From the IMG/VR virus record IMGVR_UViG_3300044675_005584, positions 1 through 64,000 of that record: a stretch of DNA of 64,000 nt; one strand, given 5' to 3'. Origin of the DNA: a virus. The notes under the pieces were generated by a model. It saw only the letters and a program-made list of their open reading frames with translations, was not told the DNA's origin and did no database searches. The position numbers and the translations under genes are program-made. This document shows positions 30,034 to 39,932 of the stretch, piece by piece (position 1 is the first letter of the stretch; the number at the start of each line of letters is the position of its first letter).

Positions 30034-30537
30034 ATGCGGATCCTTACCTTAGACAACAATACAGCATTTGATCTTGACCATCTTCCAGAAGAAGTAGATG
30101 ATATGAGATTTGCCATCCTGGACAATTCAAACCCACAAGATCCAGACTATCATTACATACCCTTGATCTTTCTGGAGAGTTTTACTGCGCCAGCTTTGGT
30201 ATTGAGAATAGGTAACAACAAGATACGCATGCCTGTAGACTGGCAGATCTTGATTGGAGAACCCGATCTGGGCGATCTCGAAGTGTTGCCACTCACTGCA
30301 ATCAATGATCGAGGATTCAAGGCATTCCAGTTCAATCCACTTACCAGCTTCCGTCCTAGCTTTTTGGATATTGAAATTGTGGATGTGTATCAAGAGATGT
30401 CCTGGTATGCTCCTAAATTAAAAAATGGACAGATGTTGTGTGTGCCAGTCACCGAAGGAGATCGACCTGACTGTGTGTATTTTGTCAAAGACATCAGTCG
30501 TAACTGTGAAATTGTAGATTATAACAAGGCTTGGTAA
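30034..30537 (+). CDS. Hypothetical beta-rich protein (possible degenerate Hint fold)
   Basis: 167-aa ORF with TTGACT...TATAAT immediately upstream. Confidence 0.6.
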   Translation: MRILTLDNNTAFDLDHLPEEVDDMRFAILDNSNPQDPDYHYIPLIFLESFTAPALVLRIGNNKIRMPVDWQILIGEPDLGDLEVLPLTAINDRGFKAFQFNPLTSFRPSFLDIEIVDVYQEMSWYAPKLKNGQMLCVPVTEGDRPDCVYFVKDISRNCEIVDYNKAW

Positions 30538-30538
30538 T

Positions 30539-30823
30539 ATGGGTACCCTTACACCCGGAGCAACATACATATACGAACGCAATGGTGATATTGTGTATGC
30601 CAGAGAGTTGGGAGCAGATCCCAGCACAAGAAAAGAGATAGGTTGGGATTATGATCCTAGCAATCCCGACCATCTTGAACGTCAAGAACGACTGAATTCT
30701 CTTAGAGATGACCAGTTATGGCACAAAATTAGGCTAGCGGCACGGAACAATGTCACACTACAAGATGCATTGGATCGTGTGATAGAACTATATCATTTGA
30801 GCAAAGACGATGGACAAACTTAG
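30539..30823 (+). CDS. Hypothetical protein
   Basis: YIYERNGDIVYARE; packed in operon. Confidence 0.6.
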   Translation: MGTLTPGATYIYERNGDIVYARELGADPSTRKEIGWDYDPSNPDHLERQERLNSLRDDQLWHKIRLAARNNVTLQDALDRVIELYHLSKDDGQT

Positions 30824-31262
30824 TATAGGCAATGAAATGGCACAGTTTGATTCAAAGAATCGACAGTTCTTTGATGAGCTCTCTGATGAAGAACGCAAAA
30901 AGTTCAGCCCATTTCTCATGATACGCTACGGCAGTTCAGTATCGGGCAATCGAGACCTGCAGGAGTTTTACTTGATTGCTACAAACGAACGCCTGAACAA
31001 AAAGTTCTTTGCTGTGAATACCGCCCAGCATAAAAAACTACAGTGGTTGATGGCCACCACAGTAAGTCCAGGACTGGGTAACTTTAGACACAACTGGATC
31101 GCACCTAAAAAGAAAGAACCCGGTGCAGGCAGCATGCGTAAACAGTTGATGGAACTGTTTCCACACTTGAAAGATGACGAAATAGATCTATTGTCGCAGA
31201 TAACTACTAAAAAAGAACTTGACGCACACTTACGAGAACTCGGCCAGGACAAATCAAAATAG
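30810..31262 (+). CDS. Clamp-loader small subunit-like protein (T4 gp62-like)
   Basis: FSPFLMIRYGS...N...LQWL...WI pattern resembles gp62 family. Confidence 0.5.
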   Translation: MDKLSIGNEMAQFDSKNRQFFDELSDEERKKFSPFLMIRYGSSVSGNRDLQEFYLIATNERLNKKFFAVNTAQHKKLQWLMATTVSPGLGNFRHNWIAPKKKEPGAGSMRKQLMELFPHLKDDEIDLLSQITTKKELDAHLRELGQDKSK

Positions 31263-31263
31263 C

Positions 31264-31938
31264 ATGAAGTATACCTGTCAGTACTGCAAGAAAGACTTTG
31301 TGAAAGAAGCAAGCCTGTCAGTACATAGTTGCGAACCACGTCGTCGTAGGCAAGAGCAAAATGAAGCTGGAGTGAGATTGGGATTCCAGGCCTATATCAA
31401 GTTCTATGAACTCACACAAGGATCTGCACGTCTTAAAACATTTGATAACTTTGCTGACAGTCCGTATTACCGAGCATTTGTGCGGTTTGGAAGATATTGT
31501 GTAGATATCCGTGCCGTCAATCCGGCCAGATTTGTTGAATGGGTACTCAAACAAAACAAAAAAATTGATCATTGGTGTCGAGACACTGTGTACACTGAAT
31601 ACTTGATTGCATATTTACAAGTGGAAAATGTCAATGACGCTCTAGCTCGTGCCATGGAGTTTGGCCTAGACTGGAATGAGAAGACTGGCAACCCACCTGA
31701 ACATTGTTTACGTTATGGCAATACCAACAGCATGGTGTATGCTGTCACAACTGGTCGAGTCAGTCCATGGGTGATCTACAACAGTGATTCAGGACAGAAA
31801 TTCCTAAGCGAACTAGATGCCAGCCAAGTGGCCATGGTATGGCCCTACATTGATGCAGACATATGGCAAAAGAAATTTAAGGACTATCCAGCAGACCAAG
31901 AGTATGCTAGAGATATATTACAAAAGGCAGGTTGGTAA
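31264..31938 (+). CDS. C2H2/C2HC zinc-finger-containing hypothetical protein
   Basis: YTCQYCKKDF...LSVHSC at N-terminus; start reassigned to ATG 31264. Confidence 0.65.
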   Translation: MKYTCQYCKKDFVKEASLSVHSCEPRRRRQEQNEAGVRLGFQAYIKFYELTQGSARLKTFDNFADSPYYRAFVRFGRYCVDIRAVNPARFVEWVLKQNKKIDHWCRDTVYTEYLIAYLQVENVNDALARAMEFGLDWNEKTGNPPEHCLRYGNTNSMVYAVTTGRVSPWVIYNSDSGQKFLSELDASQVAMVWPYIDADIWQKKFKDYPADQEYARDILQKAGW

Positions 31939-32516
31939 TGAGCGCAGATATTGATTTGGACTTTGCTGACAGAGACACAGTACTACGACTCGTAAAGGCT
32001 ACTCCCGCACATCAAGTACACCAAGGACAGATACGCCGACACAATTCTGGTGTGTATGTCACAGACATACCGTATGATCCCATCAACCAGTGTGCGGCTA
32101 TAGATTATGAAACAGCAGAAACACGTGGATACTTCAAGATAGATCTCTTAAACATGACAGTGTATCAGTTGATTAAAAATCCTGAACACTATCAGACCAT
32201 GTTGGATCAAGAACCTGATTGGACACGTCTATGGACAGATTCTACGTGGGCTAGTCAATTGGCCCATGTGGGCAATTACACACAGTTATTAAACGCTATG
32301 CGTCCTGATAGTATACCAAGGATGGCCGCATTTATCAGTATAATCAGGCCCGGCAAAGCACATTTACAAAATCGTCCGTGGGCAGAAGTGTTTGAAACTG
32401 TTTGGGATGGTGATGATTCTAAAGGGTTTGTGTTTAAAAAGGCTCATGCTGTTGGCTATGCGGCCTTGGTAGCACTACACATGAACTTGCTCAGTCAAGA
32501 CGTCGTACCAGCGTAA
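31938..32516 (+). CDS. Minimal DNA polymerase III alpha (DnaE/C-family) catalytic-core protein
   Basis: DIDLDF, RHNSGV, GYFKIDLL, IIRPG, FKKAHAVGY motifs in order. Confidence 0.8.
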   Translation: MSADIDLDFADRDTVLRLVKATPAHQVHQGQIRRHNSGVYVTDIPYDPINQCAAIDYETAETRGYFKIDLLNMTVYQLIKNPEHYQTMLDQEPDWTRLWTDSTWASQLAHVGNYTQLLNAMRPDSIPRMAAFISIIRPGKAHLQNRPWAEVFETVWDGDDSKGFVFKKAHAVGYAALVALHMNLLSQDVVPA

Positions 32517-32868
32517 TCGATTTACGTTTGGATTTTTTACGGGCCATTTCAAGCAAGCTGCAAACGGGTCCATGTAGCACAGCTAAATCTTTGTTGATAA
32601 AAGTGCGCAGACAAGGTCTGAACTGATCCCATTCTGTTTTGAGGAATATGTTGATGGGTATGGTCCTGTTGCTTTCCCACCACCAAACATTGGCTAGTTC
32701 TAAGAAACGACGTTTATCTTCTAGATCTTGTATGCTACCAAAGTCATAAATCGTAGTCACAATTTCGTCTTGATTTTGTATGATTCCCACATATTCTGTA
32801 GTAGCATAAACACAGAGGGAGATAAAAGGGTACTTGTCAGCCAGTTGGGCAAAGATATCATTACCCAT
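32491..32868 (-). CDS. Hypothetical protein
   Basis: 125-aa minus-strand ORF filling gap; WWWESNRTIPINIFL; GGTAAATA on the minus strand upstream. Confidence 0.65.
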   Translation of the reverse strand: MGNDIFAQLADKYPFISLCVYATTEYVGIIQNQDEIVTTIYDFGSIQDLEDKRRFLELANVWWWESNRTIPINIFLKTEWDQFRPCLRTFINKDLAVLHGPVCSLLEMARKKSKRKSITLVRRLD

Positions 32869-32965
32869 AAATATTATATAATAAATTGATCACGAGATAT
32901 TTACCAAAAATGAATCCAACCCAAACGAATGAGTCACCGGATGACACCGCCGCTAAATAGTATGT

Positions 32966-34114
32966 ATGTACTCAACCACCCTATATCTGTACCAACAAAT
33001 AACCCAGGTCCTGAGCATAGACACCGGCGCTGGTTCCACATTCACCTACAGGTATAATCCCGTGTACGCCAAAGTCCTAACCATAAACAAAGGCATCGAC
33101 AATGTGTTGCTGTTTGAGTTTATCAATCAAAATGAAAAACCGGTCAATATCACTGGCAGTAGTTTTGTGTTCCGTGTGATCAACACTGAAGGAACCACTG
33201 TATTGCTAGAAGAGCCCTTGGTTGCACTCAATGCTGCCACAGGCCGGGCCAAGGTCACTTTGTTGACCAGTCAGTTGTTGACAGTGCTTGCTCAACCAGC
33301 CTTTTATAGTATAACTAGAGCCAGTGGAAACTTGATAGAACCAGTATTTGTTGATGCCCAGTCGGGCGGTCGTGCACCTCTTAACATAGTGGACAGTGTG
33401 TTGCCACAGTATGTGCCCAGTGCTCCACTTACTATACCCACAGTCAAGCTCTCGGCACAAGGATCAGCAGATGGCACCAGTTTTGGAAACGCCGGCGGAG
33501 ACTATTATTGGAATGGTAACCCCAACGGAGCCAACTATTTTAACAGTTTTGCTCTTACCGAATACTACAGCAGTTTTATTACACCCAGACAAGGCATTAC
33601 TACCATACAAATGACCCTGGATGGCTATACAGGCACAATCAAGGCACAGGCAGCTGCTGACTACGAAAGTGTACCGTACAACGTGACCGAAAGTACTACC
33701 TATCTCAATGAGACCAGTACCATTTATCTCAATGTGATTGGTTGGCATCCACTATTGCGAGTATGTTTCAACAACAGTATCTTTGCTGTGCCTGGTGGTC
33801 AAGGCATACCGGCACAGGCCACTGCCATCTGTGAAGACGGTGTAGTGACCAGTATCAACGTTATCAATGCTGGTAACGGTTATTTGGCTCCGCCCCGGAT
33901 CAGCATTGTGGGCGAAGGTGCCGGTGCCACTGCTACTGCCACCATAGGTGGCGATGGCGAAATAGCAAGTATCACAGTGACTGACGGCGGATCTGGTTAT
34001 TGGTTTGCACCCAATGCCGGAATCAACACACCTTATTATCCGGTGCCTGCCAACAACCAAGGTGCCGCAGTGGTGATCAGCACTGGCTATGTAGTGGACC
34101 TTTTCTATAGGTAA
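32966..34114 (+). CDS. Baseplate/tail-associated structural protein
   Basis: BppU-like N-terminal region; C-terminal V.N.G.GY repeats. Confidence 0.55.
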   Translation: MYSTTLYLYQQITQVLSIDTGAGSTFTYRYNPVYAKVLTINKGIDNVLLFEFINQNEKPVNITGSSFVFRVINTEGTTVLLEEPLVALNAATGRAKVTLLTSQLLTVLAQPAFYSITRASGNLIEPVFVDAQSGGRAPLNIVDSVLPQYVPSAPLTIPTVKLSAQGSADGTSFGNAGGDYYWNGNPNGANYFNSFALTEYYSSFITPRQGITTIQMTLDGYTGTIKAQAAADYESVPYNVTESTTYLNETSTIYLNVIGWHPLLRVCFNNSIFAVPGGQGIPAQATAICEDGVVTSINVINAGNGYLAPPRISIVGEGAGATATATIGGDGEIASITVTDGGSGYWFAPNAGINTPYYPVPANNQGAAVVISTGYVVDLFYR

Positions 34115-34141
34115 ATGCAAAAAATCGTGCTATAATAAAGC

Positions 34142-35098
34142 ATGATTGATGTGATCGCTTTCTTACCTGGCAAACGCAAACAAACCAGTAGTGGTTGGAT
34201 TTCAGTAAATGCACCTTGTTGTGTACATCGTGGAGAATCAGCTGACCGACGATTGCGTGGCGGCATAAAAAATACAGATACAGGCTGGAATTGGCATTGT
34301 TTCAATTGTGGATACACCGCCAGTTTTGTACTTGGGCGCACACTCACCTTCAAGGCCCGCAAGTTATTGTCATGGTTGAATGTGCCACAAGAAGAAATTG
34401 AACGTATCAATCTTGAAAGCCTTAGACATAAAAACATCGAAGGCATACTGAACGAACGACAACAGGCTGTTCGACCAGTTGAGATAGAATTTGAAGAATG
34501 CGATTTACCAGCCGACACTGAGGAACTGACAGACACAGCCCGAGCATATTTGACCAACCGCGGTATCATGTTAGACTATCCATACCTGTCCAAGCGAGGA
34601 ACAAGACCTGGCATTGTTGTGCCATTTACCCACGATAATCAGATAGTTGGACACACTACAAGATTTTTAGATGATAGAACACCCAAATATATCCAGGACA
34701 TACAGCCAGGATATGTGTTTGGCACAGACCTACAACGTAACAATTGGCAATCAGTGATTGTTGTAGAAGGAGTATTTGATGCACTCAGCGTCAACGGTGT
34801 GGCTGTGCTACACGCAGACATAAATGATGCACAGGTCAGATTGATAAGAAGTCTTGAACGAGAAATAGTTGTTGTGCCAGATCAAGATGTACCGGGCATG
34901 CGATTGGTAGAACGTGCAGTTGAACTAGGTTGGTCAGTCAGCATGCCCGAATGGCCAGCGGGAATCAAAGATGTGAATGATGCAGTAATTTGTATGGGAA
35001 GGTTGGCCACTTTGCTAACTATAATGCGATACAAAGAAACCAGTCGAATTAAAATAGAACTAAGGAAAAAACAACTTGTTAAAAGATTACGGACTTGA
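34142..35098 (+). CDS. DNA primase (gp61/DnaG-like)
   Basis: Zn-binding PCC...HCFNCG; TOPRIM VVEGVFDA, PDQD, KDVND. Confidence 0.9.
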   Translation: MIDVIAFLPGKRKQTSSGWISVNAPCCVHRGESADRRLRGGIKNTDTGWNWHCFNCGYTASFVLGRTLTFKARKLLSWLNVPQEEIERINLESLRHKNIEGILNERQQAVRPVEIEFEECDLPADTEELTDTARAYLTNRGIMLDYPYLSKRGTRPGIVVPFTHDNQIVGHTTRFLDDRTPKYIQDIQPGYVFGTDLQRNNWQSVIVVEGVFDALSVNGVAVLHADINDAQVRLIRSLEREIVVVPDQDVPGMRLVERAVELGWSVSMPEWPAGIKDVNDAVICMGRLATLLTIMRYKETSRIKIELRKKQLVKRLRT

Positions 35099-36479
35099 TG
35101 TCCAACGCTTATTCTTAGAAATGATGTTGCAGGACGCAGAGAGTTATGTGCGTGTACAAAACATTTACAATCCAGAAAACTTTGATCGCAGTCTAAGACC
35201 AGCAGCCGAGTTTATTGCTAAACACAGCAATGACCATAAAACTCTACCTTCTGCGGAACAGATATCTGCAACAACAGGGGTTAAACTACAACACATTCCT
35301 GATCTCAATGCAGGACACTTTGATTGGTTCATGGAAGAGTTTGAAGCATTTACTCGACGCCAAGAACTGGAACGTGCCATCCTTAAGAGTGCAGACCTAT
35401 TAGAAAAAGGTGAGTATGATCCGGTGGAAAAACTGATCAAGGATGCAGTGCAGATCAGCTTGACCAAGGACATGGGCACAGACTACTGGGCTGATCCAAG
35501 AGCCCGAATAGACAAGTATTTTAACAGTGGCGGACAAGTTTCAACAGGCTGGCCACAGATGGATCGTATCTTGTATGGCGGATTCAGTCGCGGAGAACTT
35601 AATATTTTTGCTGGTGGATCTGGATCGGGCAAGAGTCTTGTCATGATGAATATAGCATTGAGTTGGCTACAGGCCGGTCTAAGTGGTGTGTATATCAGTC
35701 TAGAATTAAGCGAAGAACTTTGTGCGTTGAGAACTGATGCCATGTTGGCTGGAATGAGCACAAAAGAAATACGCAAAGACATCGACCAAACAGAACTTAA
35801 AGTTAAATTGGTTAGTAAGAAAGCTGGACAGTATAGAATCAAGGCCATACCAGCGCAGAGCAACATCAACGACATCCGTAGTTATATCAAAGAAGTGCAG
35901 GTACAGACCGGAATTCGAGTAGACTTTGTGATGTGTGATTACCTAGATTTATTAATGCCGGTCAGTGCCAAGGTAAGCCCAAATGACCTGTTTGTCAAAG
36001 ACAAGTATGTGAGTGAAGAACTACGAAACTTGGCCAAGGAACTCAATGTGTTGTTTGTGACTGCGTCGCAGTTGAATCGTAGTGCAGTAGAAGAAGTTGA
36101 GTTTGATCATAGTCATATTAGTGGCGGTATCAGCAAGATTAATACTGCGGACAATGTGTTTGGTATTTTTACAAGCAGAGCTATGAAAGAGCGTGGCAAG
36201 TACCAGATACAATGCATGAAGTCAAGAAGCAGTACTGGTGTGGGCATGAAGATTGATCTAGACTACAATATTGAAACCATGCGGATTACCGACCCAGGCG
36301 ATGATGAGCAGACCAGTAGTGGGTTTAAAAAGCCCAACATCTACGAAAGCATCAAGGCACAAAGCAGAGTTACTCCGACAGAAACTGTAGATCAGACTAC
36401 TGGTGAAATCAGCAAGATTAATGCTGATGTGCAAAATGCCAAACTAAAACAATTACTAGGACAGATTAAAACCGGCTGA
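35076..36479 (+). CDS. Replicative DnaB-like helicase (gp41-like)
   Basis: GGSGSGKS, SLELSE, DYLDLL, TASQLNR, KSRSS. Confidence 0.92.
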   Translation: MLKDYGLDVQRLFLEMMLQDAESYVRVQNIYNPENFDRSLRPAAEFIAKHSNDHKTLPSAEQISATTGVKLQHIPDLNAGHFDWFMEEFEAFTRRQELERAILKSADLLEKGEYDPVEKLIKDAVQISLTKDMGTDYWADPRARIDKYFNSGGQVSTGWPQMDRILYGGFSRGELNIFAGGSGSGKSLVMMNIALSWLQAGLSGVYISLELSEELCALRTDAMLAGMSTKEIRKDIDQTELKVKLVSKKAGQYRIKAIPAQSNINDIRSYIKEVQVQTGIRVDFVMCDYLDLLMPVSAKVSPNDLFVKDKYVSEELRNLAKELNVLFVTASQLNRSAVEEVEFDHSHISGGISKINTADNVFGIFTSRAMKERGKYQIQCMKSRSSTGVGMKIDLDYNIETMRITDPGDDEQTSSGFKKPNIYESIKAQSRVTPTETVDQTTGEISKINADVQNAKLKQLLGQIKTG

Positions 36480-36533
36480 TTCAGGACCAATTAGTTTAAA
36501 AACCCACTAAATAATACAAAGGTCCTGACCCGT

Positions 36534-36782
36534 ATGCAAAAGAAAACCCGTAGTATTCTCGAAGAATTAGAAACCTTGTACGCCGAGCGTGATCAGCGTC
36601 ATGTGATCGAAAATCGTGCCGCAAACATCATTGCCAGTGCCATACGCCTGCTTGAGCAAATAGATAGTAGTTACACAGCTGAACAGGCTGAAAACCTACA
36701 GCGCAAGTTGATCAATGCTATCAAACTGAGAGATCCTGCTAAATTTACAAGAACAGTGAGACGTACTGATGCAAATACATGA
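36534..36782 (+). CDS. Hypothetical helical protein
   Basis: TAAATA promoter upstream; 82 aa. Confidence 0.6.
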   Translation: MQKKTRSILEELETLYAERDQRHVIENRAANIIASAIRLLEQIDSSYTAEQAENLQRKLINAIKLRDPAKFTRTVRRTDANT

Positions 36783-37584
36783 ACTAACACAGCCCAAAAA
36801 ATCTAAATTGGATGAAGTTGATTTTGTTGGTCCTGACAGTGTGTTTGCACAGGCCAAATCTGCTATACAGACCCGCGGCCGATCACTAATCGATCCACAA
36901 GCAGCCAAGGATGCTCAACAAGCCAGATACCAGGCTGATATTGCAAACAGCCTGGCACAAGGTAAAGCAGCTGGACTTGATAAAAAGCCCACTCTGAATT
37001 CAGCATTGATTAAATTAAAAGCAAATCCTGCAGCCACGCAGTATGTTGCTGGAATAGTGGCCAAGTGGCCCAGTGTAAGTAGCATGGGTGGCACGTTAAC
37101 ACAAACAACCACTGGTCAGATAAACAAAGCCAATCCAAATAATCCCAATGTTGAGTTGGATTATTATAAGCGCAATCCACCAAAGACTCAACCGGCTCAG
37201 CCTGCTCCAACTACTCCTGTTGCAGGCACACCAGCAACAGCACCCGTCGCTGATAAAGCAGCAAAGAATAAAGCAGATGCTGCTCAACGCAATGCTGACA
37301 TAGAAAAAACAAAACAAGCAAATGCCGTAAAAAATCAACAAGATGCTGCTATCAAAGCAGCCGCTGACGCAGCCAAGGCCAAACCTGGATTTCAACAAAC
37401 AGCCGCTGACAAACTAGCTATCAAATCCGCTAACACTAGAGGTATACGTGAAGATAACGCACAGGCATTTCAAGACACGACACAGAAACTTGGTCAAACA
37501 TTCAAAGATGGAGAACGTGTATTGAATCCAAACGATGAACAGGTCAAGGCAAAAATTAAAGCCTGGATCGATAGCCAACTATAA
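36769..37584 (+). CDS. Hypothetical Ala/Gln/Lys-rich protein (possibly frameshifted with next ORF)
   Basis: MQIHELT start; ends ...WIDSQL-TAA overlapping a +1-frame ORF. Confidence 0.6.
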   Translation: MQIHELTQPKKSKLDEVDFVGPDSVFAQAKSAIQTRGRSLIDPQAAKDAQQARYQADIANSLAQGKAAGLDKKPTLNSALIKLKANPAATQYVAGIVAKWPSVSSMGGTLTQTTTGQINKANPNNPNVELDYYKRNPPKTQPAQPAPTTPVAGTPATAPVADKAAKNKADAAQRNADIEKTKQANAVKNQQDAAIKAAADAAKAKPGFQQTAADKLAIKSANTRGIREDNAQAFQDTTQKLGQTFKDGERVLNPNDEQVKAKIKAWIDSQL

Positions 37585-37945
37585 GGCTGAACAGGATGGG
37601 CTTGAAGGACTAAAAGGATTTGGCGAACAAATAGGAATCTATCTAGATAGCATGGTCCAAGATCACAACAACATACCTGCACAACAAAAAACTCTAGAAA
37701 GTCTTGTGTCCTTGGTTGTGGCTGCCAACCACTTGGTTGATTTTGAACGGCGTATAGGAGCCGGAAACAATTTACGCTATCAGGCTCGGCAAGGTACACA
37801 GGCTCAACCGGTCCAGACTGGATTGACCCCTGCTCAATTACAGAAGCTAAATGCTCAGGCTGCACAAGCTGGTGGGCCCGATCCCCAAAAAACTGGAAAC
37901 GACTTCTGGGACAATCTAATAATACAAGCACTAGGATCAAGATAA
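37535..37945 (+). CDS. Probable C-terminal continuation of the 36769 ORF in the +1 frame
   Basis: No clear RBS; phage-like composition from KAEQDGLEG onward; its stop overlaps the next ATG. Confidence 0.45.
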   Translation: MNRSRQKLKPGSIANYKAEQDGLEGLKGFGEQIGIYLDSMVQDHNNIPAQQKTLESLVSLVVAANHLVDFERRIGAGNNLRYQARQGTQAQPVQTGLTPAQLQKLNAQAAQAGGPDPQKTGNDFWDNLIIQALGSR

Positions 37946-39870
37946 TGAAGATTTTTGAAGGTGGCAACGTATTCAAAGATGCCGACGGTCGTGCGCTCAC
38001 ACAACGCATCAATCAGGCCGATGTCAAACCTACTCTGGCCTGGCTAGAACAACTGGTTCCTGGCCTGGATCTACTGAACAACACACTGGGCAGTACTGGT
38101 ATCAAGGACACATCGGGTGATCTAGATATCGCCGTGGATGCCAATAAAGTTACCAAAGAACAACTGCAACAAAGACTGGAGCAATGGGCTATCAGCCACG
38201 GCTTCAAACCACAAGAATGGGTCAGGAAGTCGGGCACAGCGGTGCATTTCAAAACACCCATCACAGGCAGACCCGACCGCGGCTATGTGCAAACTGATTT
38301 TATGTTGATGAACAATGTGCCATGGTCCAAGTTTGTGCTAGGTGCCATGCCAGTAGACAGCCAGTTCAAAGGCCGTGAGCGTAATGTGTTAATGAACAGT
38401 CTGGCCAAAAGTATGGGTTACAAACTGAATCAAATAGCTGGTATAGCCGATCGTGACACAAACAAAATAATCACTGACGATCCTGATCGAGTGGCCAAAT
38501 TGCTCCTGAACAAAACTGCCACACGCCAAGACTTGGCCAGTGTAGAAAGCATAGTACAGGCATTGAGCCGAGACCCCCAACGTGATGCCAAGTTGGCTGA
38601 CTTTCGGGCACACCTGGAACGTGAAGGCATTCCATTCATGGAAAGTGCCGTGGTCAATCCTTATCAAGCGTACGACGAAGTAAACTTCCTGGCTAGACTA
38701 CGAGATCGTATAGTCAATCAAGGCATGCAGATCATTGTAGAAGCCGAAGTACAAGGAGGACGTGCCAAGGGCATTGAACATCTAGAAGACTATGTGTTCC
38801 GTAACGGTAGTGCAGGTATTAAAAAAGCCATGGACATAGTAAAGAACACGGCAGAGAACACTGGTGCCACTACCACAGTCAAGTGGGATGGCAAACCAGC
38901 ATTAGTATTTGGTCGTGATCCAGCAGGAACTTTTGTCTTGACTGATGTGTCTGGGTTTACAGCCAAAGGCTACAATGGCCTGTTTACCAGTCCACGTCAA
39001 GCAATTGGATTGTTAGCACAGCGCGATCAAGATGCAGCCGCCAAAGGCAAGCCAGCTGGGCGTGTGGAATATCTTGGTCCCATATATGAAAAATTATGGC
39101 CTTTATTAAGTGCCGCATTACCCAAAACATTCCGTGGCTATGTACAAGGTGATTTGTTATACACCGACCGGCCCCCTGAGGATGCTGGCAATTTTGTGTT
39201 TACTCCTAATGCTATTACCTATAGGATCCCTATTGCCAGCGACGTAGGACAACGTATAGGCAATAGTGAAGTTGGCATCGCCATGCATACCCGGTACGAT
39301 GAACCTGGTTCGCCAAAAGAACCAATCGGTAATGTTGATTTCAAACGTGTTCCAGGACTGTTGTTACTAGAACCTGTGTATGCCAAAGAAAATGTACGAC
39401 CAAATAGAAACTTGGTACAAGCTCTTAGAGACGTATACAAAACATCAGGATCGGCCATAGATGGCCTATTCAATCCAACAGAACTACGAGCCTTGCAAAT
39501 CACTGACTTGCCTAAACTGTGCATTGATTATATCAACAGTAGGGTTGGTGCTGACTTTGATAACTTGATCGCCGGCTTTGGACCTTGGCTACAAAGCACA
39601 CAAAGTCCAAGAAAGTTTGCCAACATTGTAGAATATCTACAAAGTCCACGTAGCAATCTAGAAGGCATGGCCGCGGCATTTGAAGCCTGGGCCTTGCTAC
39701 ACGACATCAAGATGGACATATTACGCCAGCTGGATCTACAACATCCAGGACAAGAAGGCTGGGTAATGGCCACAGCAGGTGGCATGGCCAAGGCTGTGAA
39801 CCGACTGGCAGGTGGATTCACCAGCGCCAACCGTGCCATAAACAATCCAGATCAACTGCCTACACCGTGA
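37945..39870 (+). CDS. Nucleotidyltransferase + RNA/ATP-ligase-like fusion protein
   Basis: Pol-beta NTase LGSTG...SGDLDIAVD...VQTDFM; C-half TVKWDG, VQGDLLY, EGWV, KAVNR ligase-type motifs. Confidence 0.7.
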   Translation: MKIFEGGNVFKDADGRALTQRINQADVKPTLAWLEQLVPGLDLLNNTLGSTGIKDTSGDLDIAVDANKVTKEQLQQRLEQWAISHGFKPQEWVRKSGTAVHFKTPITGRPDRGYVQTDFMLMNNVPWSKFVLGAMPVDSQFKGRERNVLMNSLAKSMGYKLNQIAGIADRDTNKIITDDPDRVAKLLLNKTATRQDLASVESIVQALSRDPQRDAKLADFRAHLEREGIPFMESAVVNPYQAYDEVNFLARLRDRIVNQGMQIIVEAEVQGGRAKGIEHLEDYVFRNGSAGIKKAMDIVKNTAENTGATTTVKWDGKPALVFGRDPAGTFVLTDVSGFTAKGYNGLFTSPRQAIGLLAQRDQDAAAKGKPAGRVEYLGPIYEKLWPLLSAALPKTFRGYVQGDLLYTDRPPEDAGNFVFTPNAITYRIPIASDVGQRIGNSEVGIAMHTRYDEPGSPKEPIGNVDFKRVPGLLLLEPVYAKENVRPNRNLVQALRDVYKTSGSAIDGLFNPTELRALQITDLPKLCIDYINSRVGADFDNLIAGFGPWLQSTQSPRKFANIVEYLQSPRSNLEGMAAAFEAWALLHDIKMDILRQLDLQHPGQEGWVMATAGGMAKAVNRLAGGFTSANRAINNPDQLPTP

Positions 39871-39932
39871 TTTTCTCTCCAGATCATAAATAATAGTAGG
39901 ACCTTAGAGTCCATACATAAAGGAGATTCAAA

